This document shows, one piece after another, positions 10,261 through 19,405 of a stretch of DNA of 47,438 nucleotides. The notes under the pieces are model-generated. The model ran no database searches. It saw only the letters and a program-made list of their open reading frames with translations, and was not told the DNA's origin. Position 1 is the first letter of the stretch. Every line of letters starts with the position of its first letter. This DNA is from a candidate division WOR-3 bacterium (GTDB lineage Bacteria > Hydrothermota > Tepidihabitantia > Tepidihabitantales > DTDR01), in NCBI GenBank assembly GCA_039801885.1, contig JBDRVN010000006.1, forward strand, positions 1 through 47,438, read 5' to 3'. Both the position numbers and the translations under genes were made by a program.

Positions 10261-10292
10261 AAAAAGGCGGGTGGGGTTATTCCACCCGCCTT
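10261..10292 (-). terminator. Intrinsic terminator-like hairpin
   Basis: 11-bp stem (aaggcgggtgg/ccacccgcctt), 7-nt loop, U-tract on the minus strand, 20 nt after the lipoprotein gene stop. Confidence 0.75.
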
Positions 10293-10312
10293 CTCCTTAT
10301 TATCTTCAATTT

Positions 10313-12109
10313 TTATCTTTTACTTCCTGCTCGACCACTATGTTTTGGATCGTGTTGGAACATTGGCCAAGGAGTGTTAGCCAATGGTAATCGTTTATAA
10401 CCAACAATCGCAAAAAGATATTCTTCATTAGCAACATATACAATCCCATTTTCTCCTACAACTGGTGAACTTATAAAATCGGCTTGTAATTTTTTAGCCA
10501 AAAAAGAAGGAGTAAGATTTATTGGGAAAGGATGATATACTTCTCCATTAGAAGTGAACGGATTTATTGCAAATAGATCACCTGCATCATTATTAATATA
10601 AAGAACTTTTTCTTCTGTCCCAGCAAGACAAGGAGTTGATTTTATAGACGGATTCTTTTGATAACTGTAAATTTTTGTTAAATTTGGCTCAAAAACTTCA
10701 ATATATCCATCTTCAGTTGCTACAATCACTTTTCCGTCCCAACCGATAACCGGACCACCAATAACCTCGGTAGTGGTATCAGTAAAAGAAGCACTATAAG
10801 TAATTTGACCATCAAAAGAAATTCCATAGATTTTTCCTGCGACAGCGACGTATACTAAATTATTACCAATTGCACCTTGACCAAGAATTGGATCACCGAG
10901 ATAGATCGCCCAAATCAAATTCCCATTAGGGTCTAATTTATAGAAATAGCCACTGTCACTCTCACCGAAGTAGATATTTCCTTGGTCATCCATTATACAG
11001 GAACCATTTATACCTCCTATTGCTTTGAATTTCCACAAAACTTCGCCATTAGCCGTTGAGAGACAATAAAGAGTATCATTCTCAGAGCCCACAAATAATT
11101 TACTGCCGTCGGATGATAATACTGGCGTACCAGTAATTGTTCCTAAACCTATTTCACCACTATCCGGATATACCCATTTCCTATTTATAAGATTAGGATG
11201 GAAAGCATAGATCCTTCCATCAGCACTACCAATATATATCGCTCCATCATCTCCAATTACTGGTGAAGAGGCAAAATCCTCTCCAGAAACAAAGGTCTTC
11301 CCTTGATACTTTAAAGTTCCAGTGCTTGCCTTTATCGCATACAAATTTCCGCTATTATCACCAAAAACTACTAAGGTATCGCCACCATATATAGTAATCG
11401 CTGGAGAACTTACAATATCATCTTCGGCACGGAAGTAAAAAACAATATCACCTGGTCCTAATTCTTTCTTCACTTTGAACTCAATCGGCTCCGAAGTATC
11501 TGACCACACATATTTATTATCTTGAGCAACCACTTTAATTACATAAGTTCCGGTATCAGCATAACTTATTGATTCGGTTACCGCTGTGCCACTTGCTACA
11601 AAACCAGTAATTGTATCTCTACGATCTCCCCAAATAAAGTTATAACGGATACTATCGTTATCAGGATCAGTAGCAGTAGCAGTAAATTTGTAATAAGTAT
11701 TTATTAATCCATAAGAAGGTCCTTGTAAAGTAGGTCGGGAAGGTTTTTGGTTAGCAACCACCTCGATCCTTAAGGGAGAAGACCAACCAGAAATTGCTCC
11801 TTTAACATCTTCGGCTTGAACTTTTAAAGCGTAGGTATCAGCTTCTTCAAAAGTAATAGTTACTTTCGCCATATCACCTGATTTATAATAATTGGTAATT
11901 TCCTTCCCTCCATCCCAAGCGAAGTGATACCGGATACTGTCATTATTTGGATCGGTAGCAACTGCTTTATATTCAGCTTGCGCGCCCACACCAACTCTCG
12001 TCGGTCCAAAAACTTGGGGAACTTCTGGCGGGTTATTTTTCTTCTTACAAGTAATAGAAAAGAACAAAACTAAAAAAATAAAAAAGATGGTTATTTTTTT
12101 ACTCATCAT
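10313..12109 (-). CDS. Lipoprotein with two PKD/Ig-like repeats and a PQQ-like (BamB-type) beta-propeller
   Basis: Hydrophobic signal ending SIT-C; duplicated ATDP.NDSIRY.F.W; SSP/GTP blade motifs; WPMFQHD..HSG; GGAGG SD. Confidence 0.85.
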   Translation of the reverse strand: MMSKKITIFFIFLVLFFSITCKKKNNPPEVPQVFGPTRVGVGAQAEYKAVATDPNNDSIRYHFAWDGGKEITNYYKSGDMAKVTITFEEADTYALKVQAEDVKGAISGWSSPLRIEVVANQKPSRPTLQGPSYGLINTYYKFTATATDPDNDSIRYNFIWGDRRDTITGFVASGTAVTESISYADTGTYVIKVVAQDNKYVWSDTSEPIEFKVKKELGPGDIVFYFRAEDDIVSSPAITIYGGDTLVVFGDNSGNLYAIKASTGTLKYQGKTFVSGEDFASSPVIGDDGAIYIGSADGRIYAFHPNLINRKWVYPDSGEIGLGTITGTPVLSSDGSKLFVGSENDTLYCLSTANGEVLWKFKAIGGINGSCIMDDQGNIYFGESDSGYFYKLDPNGNLIWAIYLGDPILGQGAIGNNLVYVAVAGKIYGISFDGQITYSASFTDTTTEVIGGPVIGWDGKVIVATEDGYIEVFEPNLTKIYSYQKNPSIKSTPCLAGTEEKVLYINNDAGDLFAINPFTSNGEVYHPFPINLTPSFLAKKLQADFISSPVVGENGIVYVANEEYLFAIVGYKRLPLANTPWPMFQHDPKHSGRAGSKR

Positions 12110-12138
12110 AACCTCCAGTTAAACTACTCATTATTTTA

Positions 12139-12166
12139 ATAATAATCATTTTTTTTATAATGTCAA
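12139..12166 (-). promoter_or_regulatory. Sigma70 promoter of the PQQ lipoprotein gene
   Basis: TTGACA-16 bp-TATTAT with an SD-containing leader. Confidence 0.6.
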
Positions 12167-12727
12167 TTATTTCATTTCTTTATATTTTATTTTGGCAAAG
12201 ATAACTTTGCCAATCTGGGTTTCCATTGTGCCAATTACTTCACATTCTAATTCTTTGCCCACATATCGAGCACCGCCATCAACAACCACCTTTATCCCAC
12301 CATCCAAATAACCTATCCCTTCATCGGCATCTTTCCCCTTTTTCATTATTTTTACAGTAATAATCGAACCAGGTAAAAATACTGGTTTTACTGCTGAATA
12401 GATGTCGTCAATCGTAATTACAGTAACTTTCCCTTCTTCATCTTTCAATATGGGATTGGTTGTTAAAATTATACTGTTATCCTTTTTGGCTAACTGATGA
12501 AGTTTTTCTTTATTAAAATTTCCTTTTATAATCTTTAACTTCTTCCCAAAAAGGGTTTTTAATTTTTCTAAATTTTCTAAAATTAATCTTTTCTCTCCGT
12601 CTTCCAAAGCATCCTCACATATCAAAATATTCCCATCAAGAATTTTTAATTTCAAAAAATTTAGAATCCTTAAATCCTCTAAACTTTTAATATCGATCAA
12701 AATATTTCTTTCTTTTTTAAAAAACAT
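12167..12727 (-). CDS. PIN/TRAM domain protein (YacL-like, degenerate PIN, no TM region)
   Basis: TRAM motif GIGYLDGGIKVVVDGG...TQIGKVIFA; follows radA; start moved to ATG 12727 behind GGAGGTG. Confidence 0.85.
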   Translation of the reverse strand: MFFKKERNILIDIKSLEDLRILNFLKLKILDGNILICEDALEDGEKRLILENLEKLKTLFGKKLKIIKGNFNKEKLHQLAKKDNSIILTTNPILKDEEGKVTVITIDDIYSAVKPVFLPGSIITVKIMKKGKDADEGIGYLDGGIKVVVDGGARYVGKELECEVIGTMETQIGKVIFAKIKYKEMK

Positions 12728-12731
12728 AATT

Positions 12732-14081
12732 TCACCTCCCTTGGTCAAAATTAAGAATTTCAAATACCTCTTTTAAAAAACTTACCGGAATAATCTCTAA
12801 TTTATCTTCCAAAGAAATATGAACGTTTTCCTTCGGCAAAATAATTCTCCTAAAGCCAAGTTTTTGGGCTTCTTTAACCCTTTCCCTAATAAGTGAAACC
12901 GGCCTTATTTCGCCCAACAAACCAACTTCTCCTAAAAAACAGGTTAATTTTTTTATAGAAATTTTTTTTACTGCCGAAGCAACCGCACAAATTATTCCTA
13001 AATCCCCGGCATTCTCTTTAATATACAAAGAACCAGCAATATTCAAATAAATATCATAACGGCCAGTATTAATATTTGCCTGAATATCTAAAACTGATAA
13101 AAGAATTGATAACCTTCTTGCATCAAAACCTTGAACTATTCTTTGGGGATAAGGGAAATAAGTTGGTGTTGCTAAACATTGAATTTCAGTAACAATTACC
13201 CTTCTTCCTTCGGATAGAGGAACGAAAGTGAGTCCAAACATTTCTTCTTTTAAATGGGGAAGAAAAAGAAAATGAGGATTTTTCACTTCTTGTAAACCAA
13301 ATTCTTGCATTTCAAAAATTCCAATTTCGTTTGCTGGTCCAAAACGATTTTTTTCACATCGCAAGATTCGATAATCAGTATTAATATCACCTTCAAAATA
13401 TAAAACCACATCTACCATATGCTCCAAAACCTTAGGACCGGCAATCAATCCTTGTTTAGTTACGTGACTAATAATAATTATTGGCAGGTCCTTTCCTTTT
13501 GCTAAATTTAGTAATTTTAATGTCACCTCTCGCACTTGGGTAACAGAACCGGCAACGGTGGAAATTGTTTTATCTTCAATTGTTTGAATTGAATCAACAA
13601 CAACAATATCCGGATTTAAAACATTTATTTGCGAAAAGATTTCTTCTAAATCAGAAGTAAATAAAAGATAAAATTTTTCATAATTAACTTTCCAAAGGGA
13701 AGAAAGGCGATTATATCTTATTTTTATTTGGAAAGGATTCTCTTCGCTCGAAATATAAAGAACCTTAAAGCCTTTGTCGATTAATGCTAAAGAAACCTGA
13801 AGACTCAAAGTTGATTTGCCTATCCCGGGTTCACCACCGATTAAAACCAAAGAACCCTTCACCAAACCACCACCTAAAACACGGTCAAATTCTTCGATCT
13901 CAGTTTTTAATCTTTCTTCTTTCTTTTCCTTTATCTCAGCCAAATTAACTAACGTTCCCTTTTTCTTCTCTTTTTCTACCATTCCTTTTATTTCTTTAAA
14001 AGTATTCCAACCTCCACACATTGGACATCTTCCCAACCATTTAGAACTTTCGTAACCACAATTTTCACAAACAAAATTCAT
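12732..14081 (-). CDS. radA: DNA repair protein RadA/Sms
   Basis: C4 zinc finger, GGEPGIGKSTL, KNRFG. Confidence 0.97.
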   Translation of the reverse strand: MNFVCENCGYESSKWLGRCPMCGGWNTFKEIKGMVEKEKKKGTLVNLAEIKEKKEERLKTEIEEFDRVLGGGLVKGSLVLIGGEPGIGKSTLSLQVSLALIDKGFKVLYISSEENPFQIKIRYNRLSSLWKVNYEKFYLLFTSDLEEIFSQINVLNPDIVVVDSIQTIEDKTISTVAGSVTQVREVTLKLLNLAKGKDLPIIIISHVTKQGLIAGPKVLEHMVDVVLYFEGDINTDYRILRCEKNRFGPANEIGIFEMQEFGLQEVKNPHFLFLPHLKEEMFGLTFVPLSEGRRVIVTEIQCLATPTYFPYPQRIVQGFDARRLSILLSVLDIQANINTGRYDIYLNIAGSLYIKENAGDLGIICAVASAVKKISIKKLTCFLGEVGLLGEIRPVSLIRERVKEAQKLGFRRIILPKENVHISLEDKLEIIPVSFLKEVFEILNFDQGR

Positions 14082-15427
14082 TCTGGTTCAAGTTCTTCTT
14101 CAAAAGTTAAATTATCAAATTTCATATATTCATTAATAAAGGCTAACCGAAATTGGCCGGTTGGACCATTTCTTTGTTTAGCAATAATTATCCTCGCTAA
14201 TCCTTTCTCCGGACTATTTTCATTATAAAATTCATCCCGATACAAAAGAATTACTAAATCCGCATCTTGTTCAATTGCCCCTGATTCTCTTAAATCGGCT
14301 AATTGGGGAATTGGTTTTTTGGGATCTCTTCTTTCCGGACTTCTTGATAATTGAGAAAGACAAATTACGGGAATATTTAACTCCTTTGCCATTGCTTTTA
14401 AAGAACGAGAAATTTCCGAAATTACTTCTTGTCGAGTTGCACTACGACTCTCTCTCACTCCTTCAATTAATTGTAAATAATCAATAACCACCAGTCCCAA
14501 AGGAACTTCTGATTTTAATCTTCTTGCCTTTGCCCGAATATCCAACACTGATAATCGTGGAGAATCGTCAATAAAAAATTCTGTCTCATAAAAAAGACCA
14601 CAAACCGAAGAAATTCTCTGCCAAGCATCGCGCGGAAGAGCACCGGCTCTTAATGCTCTTAAACCAATTCGTGCTTCACTACAAATCAATCTTTGGATAA
14701 GTAGTTCTTTGGACATTTCTAACGAGAAAAAAGCTACTGGTATCTGATTTCTCACCGCAACATTTATTGCTAAATTTAAAGCAAAAGCAGTTTTTCCCAT
14801 CGAAGGTCGACCAGCAATAATTATCAAATCACCATTCTGAATTCCAGAAGTCATTTCATCCAGTCTATCAAATCCCGTCTCCAAACCGGTAAGAAGCTTT
14901 TTATTCTGCGAAACTTCTTCGATCTTTTTTAAAGTATCTTTCAATATACTCTTTATATTAACAAAACCTTTTCTTATTCGTGCTTCTTTAATTGAAAAAA
15001 TCATCGATTCGGCTTTATCTAAAAGTTCATCAACCGGTAATTTGTTTTCGTAAGTTTCTTTAACAATTTGCGTAGCAATCTGCATCAACTTTCTCCTAAT
15101 CGCCTTTTCTAAAATCAGCTTCGCCCAATCTTCTACGCCGGCAGTTGTTAAAACTGAGTTAACTAAATTTGCTAATTCCTCCCGACCACCAATCTCAGCT
15201 AATAAATTTTGCCTTTCCAATTCTTCGCTAACGGTCATAATATCTACTGCCGAATTCTTTTCAAAAAGCGTAACGATAGCATTAAAAATTAACTGATGGG
15301 CTTGAGAATAAAAGCAAGTTTTATCAACATATTCCAAAACCCGTGGAATTACTTCTTGGTCAAGGAGCATCGCTCCTAATAATGCCTTTTCTACCTCTAT
15401 TGAATGAGGTGCCTCTCTTTCAACCAT
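14078..15427 (-). CDS. dnaB: Replicative DNA helicase
   Basis: GRPSMGKT, IDYLQL, LSQLSR, DLRESGAIEQDAD, KQRNGPTG; no intein. Confidence 0.98.
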   Translation of the reverse strand: MVEREAPHSIEVEKALLGAMLLDQEVIPRVLEYVDKTCFYSQAHQLIFNAIVTLFEKNSAVDIMTVSEELERQNLLAEIGGREELANLVNSVLTTAGVEDWAKLILEKAIRRKLMQIATQIVKETYENKLPVDELLDKAESMIFSIKEARIRKGFVNIKSILKDTLKKIEEVSQNKKLLTGLETGFDRLDEMTSGIQNGDLIIIAGRPSMGKTAFALNLAINVAVRNQIPVAFFSLEMSKELLIQRLICSEARIGLRALRAGALPRDAWQRISSVCGLFYETEFFIDDSPRLSVLDIRAKARRLKSEVPLGLVVIDYLQLIEGVRESRSATRQEVISEISRSLKAMAKELNIPVICLSQLSRSPERRDPKKPIPQLADLRESGAIEQDADLVILLYRDEFYNENSPEKGLARIIIAKQRNGPTGQFRLAFINEYMKFDNLTFEEELEPE

Positions 15428-16578
15428 AATTCAATTTCCTCAATAAGTTTGAAAGCAAATTCTTTTTTATCCATTAAAGAAAATTCTTTCTTTTTGCCAT
15501 TTCCCAAAAGCAAAATTGCTTTTATTTTTTGGCTGCCAATCGTCTCGCTGGGATTTATTACACAAAGGGATAAAGACTTTTCTTTTAATTTCCTTTCTCC
15601 TTCTTTTAATTCATCTTCGGTATCGCAAGAGAAACCCACTTTACAAAGTAATTGAGCCTCTTTTAATTCTTTCAAAATATCAATATCTCTTATAAGTTTT
15701 AATTCCAATTCTTTATTCTTTAATTTAGAAGAGATTTTTTCCTCAACCTTATAGTCACAAGGAGCGGCATTCATAATTAAACAGGTATTTTCGCTAATCT
15801 CTCCTTTTATTGCCTTAAGCATCTCCTTGTTAGTAAAAGCCCTTCTTATTTTTATCGGCAAAGAAGGATAATATTCACTTCTTCCTAAAATCAAAGTAAC
15901 TTCATATCCCAATTGATAACAGGCTTCGGCTAATAAAACACTCAAAAGACCGCTTGCCCGATTGGTAATTATTCTAATCTTATCAATATTACTTTCAGTA
16001 GCACCACCAGTAATCACAAATTTTATCTTTTTCTTTTCTTCTAACAAAAGAGATTTAACAAAATTTAGAATTCTTTCCGGTTCCGCCATTCTTCCTTTTC
16101 CTTTTTCCCCACAGGCCAATTCTCCCTCTTCCGGTTCAATTACAAAAAATCCGTCTCTCTTTAAATTTTCGATATTCCGTTGAATTATTTTCTTTTCCCA
16201 CATATTCACATTCATTGCCGGTGCAATCACAATTGGCGACCTACAAGCAAGCACCGTAGTAGTAAGTAAATCATCGGCAATACCATTAGCGATTTTTGAA
16301 ATAATGTTAGCTGTTGCCGGGGCAATAAGAAATAAGTGAATATTTTGAATTAATTCTAAATGAGGATATTTTTTTTCTTCAGAAAACATCTGCCAAAAGG
16401 TTGGATTACCAGAAAGGGCAGAAAAAAGCAAAGGATTAACTAACCTCTTGGCATTTTTGGTCATCACCACAAAAACCTCTGCTCCTTCTTTTTTAAGCAA
16501 ACGAATTAGCTCTAAGGATTTATAGATGGCAATACTGGAAGATACTCCGAGAAGAATCCTTTTATCTTTTAAAATCAT
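15397..16578 (-). CDS. coaBC: Phosphopantothenoylcysteine decarboxylase/ligase
   Basis: APATAN, PAMN, GELACGEKGKGRM, TGGAT..ID..R.ITNRASG. Confidence 0.95.
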   Translation of the reverse strand: MILKDKRILLGVSSSIAIYKSLELIRLLKKEGAEVFVVMTKNAKRLVNPLLFSALSGNPTFWQMFSEEKKYPHLELIQNIHLFLIAPATANIISKIANGIADDLLTTTVLACRSPIVIAPAMNVNMWEKKIIQRNIENLKRDGFFVIEPEEGELACGEKGKGRMAEPERILNFVKSLLLEEKKKIKFVITGGATESNIDKIRIITNRASGLLSVLLAEACYQLGYEVTLILGRSEYYPSLPIKIRRAFTNKEMLKAIKGEISENTCLIMNAAPCDYKVEEKISSKLKNKELELKLIRDIDILKELKEAQLLCKVGFSCDTEDELKEGERKLKEKSLSLCVINPSETIGSQKIKAILLLGNGKKKEFSLMDKKEFAFKLIEEIELWLKERHLIQ

Positions 16579-16784
16579 TCTTCTTCAATTTTTACTTCGC
16601 CGCTTAAAATCTGCTTTAACGCATAAAGATAAACATTTTCTTTCTGCTCCATTTTTCCTTCCCTAATTAACTCTAAATATTTTCTTGCCAGTTTTGCTGC
16701 TGACAAAATTATTTGATATTTATTAAATTTCTTATCCTCTTCTTCAATATGAATCTTTTCATGAGGAATATGAAGGTCACTCAT
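16575..16784 (-). CDS. rpoZ: RNA polymerase omega subunit
   Basis: NKY....AAK.AR motif; lies between gmk and coaBC; GGAGG SD. Confidence 0.82.
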   Translation of the reverse strand: MSDLHIPHEKIHIEEEDKKFNKYQIILSAAKLARKYLELIREGKMEQKENVYLYALKQILSGEVKIEEE

Positions 16785-16796
16785 TTTTACCTCCTT

Positions 16797-17384
16797 TTAA
16801 ATTTTGGGCATTTCTTTTAAATCCTCTGCTTTAATAATTACCTTTAAATTTTCAACTGTTTCTTTTAAATCATCATTTAATAAATAATAGTCAAAAATCT
16901 TTTTATTTTTTAAGACCTCCTCCCAAAAATTTTTGTCCGCCGCTAAACGATAAGTGGCTTCTTTTTTATTTCTTCTTTCCAATCTTTTTCTTAAAGTAAA
17001 GAAAGAAGGAGGTAAAACTAAAATTATTTTGCTTTGTTCCTTAAATTTCTCTTTGATTTTTTTAGCTCCATTGATATCCAAATCCATTAAAATCTTTCTT
17101 CCTTCTTTTAATGCACTCTTAAAAGATTCTTTTGGTGTTCCATAATAATTGCCGTAGGTAAAGGTCCATTCCAGAAGCTTCTTCCCTCTAATCATTTTTT
17201 TAAACTCTTCTTTTGAAACAAAATAATAATCTTTTCCTTCTTTTTCTCCTTTTCTTTTCTTTCGACTGGTTACCGAAACTGAGTAAAAGATATCTTTATT
17301 ATCTTTTTTGAGCAACCTTTTAACCAAAGTTGATTTGCCACTTCCCGAAGAGCCAACCAAAACAAAAATCTTACTACTCAACAT
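16797..17384 (-). CDS. gmk: Guanylate kinase
   Basis: GSSGSGKST, SVTSR..R.GE.EG.DYYFV, YYGTP. Confidence 0.96.
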   Translation of the reverse strand: MLSSKIFVLVGSSGSGKSTLVKRLLKKDNKDIFYSVSVTSRKKRKGEKEGKDYYFVSKEEFKKMIRGKKLLEWTFTYGNYYGTPKESFKSALKEGRKILMDLDINGAKKIKEKFKEQSKIILVLPPSFFTLRKRLERRNKKEATYRLAADKNFWEEVLKNKKIFDYYLLNDDLKETVENLKVIIKAEDLKEMPKI

Positions 17385-18234
17385 TTCTCACTTGTTCCCG
17401 AATCTTATCAACTTCTTCTTTTATCAAAATTACCTTCTCGGAAATATAAAAATCTCTTGCCTTACTTGCCAAAGTCTCAACCTCTCTCATCATCTCAGAT
17501 AGAATAAATTCTAATTTTCTTCCCGATGCTATTTTTTCTTTTAAGGTAGCCAAAAAAAGTTGCGCGTGGGAATGAAGCCGACTGCATTCTTCGGCGATAT
17601 CAATCCGTTCTTGCAGTAAAGAAATCTCTTGTAAAATTCGGCTACGGGCTTCTTCTTTATTATTAAAACTAATCCGATTAAGAAGATCATTTTCTTTCTC
17701 TTTTAATTTATGAGGAATCCGTTCCTCAATCATTTTTACTAATCTAATAATTCGTCTGATTCTTTTTTTAAATTCTTGAGCAATAAATTTCCCTTCTTTT
17801 TCCCGCATCCGAATAAGATTGGTTAATGCCTTATTAAAGATCTTTTTTAAATTTTCATATAATGCCTTATTGTTTTTTTCTTTCTTCTCAACCTTTAAAA
17901 TCCCGGGCAAAGAAAGCAGGAAGTGTATATCCACTTCGCCCTTTAAATTATATTTATCCTTTAAATCCTTGCAGACTTTTAAAATATTTTCTACCAAATC
18001 TTTATCATAGGTAAACTCCTCATTAACTAATCCCTCGCTTTCTAAATTTATTGAAATCTGTAGATAACCCCGTTTAACCCTATTTTTTATCCATTCTTTG
18101 ATCTCGGCTTCGTAAATTTTTAATTTCTCCGGTATTTTTATTGCCATTTCTAAATGTTTGTGATTAAAAGATTTCAATTCAACATTTATTCCGTATCCTT
18201 TTCCCTCACCAATTCCGGTCATACTTCTGATCAT
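17374..18234 (-). CDS. yicC: YicC/YloC family endoribonuclease
   Basis: MIRSMTG, DIAEE..RL.SH, GRKLEF..EM.RE..T, REQVRNVE. Confidence 0.95.
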   Translation of the reverse strand: MIRSMTGIGEGKGYGINVELKSFNHKHLEMAIKIPEKLKIYEAEIKEWIKNRVKRGYLQISINLESEGLVNEEFTYDKDLVENILKVCKDLKDKYNLKGEVDIHFLLSLPGILKVEKKEKNNKALYENLKKIFNKALTNLIRMREKEGKFIAQEFKKRIRRIIRLVKMIEERIPHKLKEKENDLLNRISFNNKEEARSRILQEISLLQERIDIAEECSRLHSHAQLFLATLKEKIASGRKLEFILSEMMREVETLASKARDFYISEKVILIKEEVDKIREQVRNVE

Positions 18235-18235
18235 T

Positions 18236-18673
18236 TTACTCCTCCAAAATAAAGGTTACTGGACCGTCGTTTTCAATTTTTATTAACATCTTGGCGCCAA
18301 AAACTCCTTTTTCAACCTTTATCCCTTGATATTTTAATTCTAAAACAAATCTTTCATACAAACTTTCCGCAATCTCTTTCTTTTCTGCTTTAGTAAAATC
18401 TGGTCTTAATCCCGATTTCAAATCGCCGTAAAGGGTAAAATTAGGAATTACCATTATTTCACCCATTATTTTCTCTAAGGAATAAGTCATCTTTCCCGCT
18501 TCGTCTTCAAAAATTCTTAATTGAGGAATCCTCTGGGCTAATTTAATACATTTACTCTCACTATCACCTTCGCCAATTCCTAAAAAAATTAATATCCCTT
18601 TTCCGATTTTTGAATACAATCCTTTATTAATATAGCACTCAGCAGCTTTTACCCTTTGTAACACGCACCTCAA
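18236..18673 (-). CDS. dtd: D-aminoacyl-tRNA deacylase
   Basis: QRV, LRIFED..GKM, NFTL, GVFGA.M, NDGPVT. Confidence 0.93.
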   Translation of the reverse strand: MRCVLQRVKAAECYINKGLYSKIGKGILIFLGIGEGDSESKCIKLAQRIPQLRIFEDEAGKMTYSLEKIMGEIMVIPNFTLYGDLKSGLRPDFTKAEKKEIAESLYERFVLELKYQGIKVEKGVFGAKMLIKIENDGPVTFILEE

Positions 18674-18692
18674 GGAAAAAACAGAAAGAATT

Positions 18693-19301
18693 TTATTGCT
18701 TTTTCAAATAATCTAATATTATTTTCGCAAATTTCTCTGCTGCCTGTGGTCCGTTTGCCGTAATCACATTGCCATCAACAACCACATCTTTATCAACATA
18801 TTCCACATTAGCATTTTTAAATTCTTCTAATGCCCGTTTATCACTAAAACAAGTAGCCTTTCTTTCAGTAAGAACACCGCTCTTCACAAGTGTAATTGGT
18901 GCCAAACAGATGCCTGCCAAAAGTTTATTTTTCTCATTAAAATAACGACAAATCTCCCAAACCTTTCTATTATTCCAATAAAAAACCGAACCAGAACCGC
19001 CAATCAAAACAAAACCATCATAATCTTCATAATTTAAATTTTCCAAAGAGATATCTGGCTTTACCTTCATTCCCAACATACCAATTGCTTCGGTTGTCTC
19101 TTGCGAAACAACTGTTATTTTAACACCAGCATTTTTCAAATAATCGTAAGGAATTTTAAATTCTTCATCCCGAAAATCCTTGGGTGCAATCAGAAAGATA
19201 AGTTTTTTTTCAATTTTTATCTCTTCTTTTCTTACCTCTTTTTTCTGCCCACAAAAACTAAAGCACAAAAATACCAAAACAAAATATTTAAAAATTTTCA
19301 T
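18693..19301 (-). CDS. DJ-1/PfpI family protein with lipoprotein-like signal
   Basis: FRDEE, IGGSG, GICLAP, VVVDGNVITANGP; N-terminal hydrophobic stretch ending FSF-C. Confidence 0.9.
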   Translation of the reverse strand: MKIFKYFVLVFLCFSFCGQKKEVRKEEIKIEKKLIFLIAPKDFRDEEFKIPYDYLKNAGVKITVVSQETTEAIGMLGMKVKPDISLENLNYEDYDGFVLIGGSGSVFYWNNRKVWEICRYFNEKNKLLAGICLAPITLVKSGVLTERKATCFSDKRALEEFKNANVEYVDKDVVVDGNVITANGPQAAEKFAKIILDYLKKQ

Positions 19302-19309
19302 AACTTATA

Positions 19310-19338
19310 ATTTTAATTAAAGACTAATGAAAAGTCAA
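19310..19338 (-). promoter_or_regulatory. Sigma70 promoter of the DJ-1...dnaB-radA operon
   Basis: TTGACT-17 bp-TAAAAT, then 8 nt to ATG 19301; no SD. Confidence 0.72.
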
Positions 19339-19356
19339 TTTATAAGAATACAAAAT

Positions 19357-19384
19357 AAAAAAGGAGGACCAAAAGGTCCTCCTT
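19357..19384 (-). terminator. Intrinsic terminator after pstS
   Basis: Perfect 10-bp stem (aaggaggacc/ggtcctcctt), 4-nt loop, U-tract on the minus strand. Confidence 0.85.
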
Positions 19385-19405
19385 ACTTTTTTGTTTAAGA
19401 AGTGG

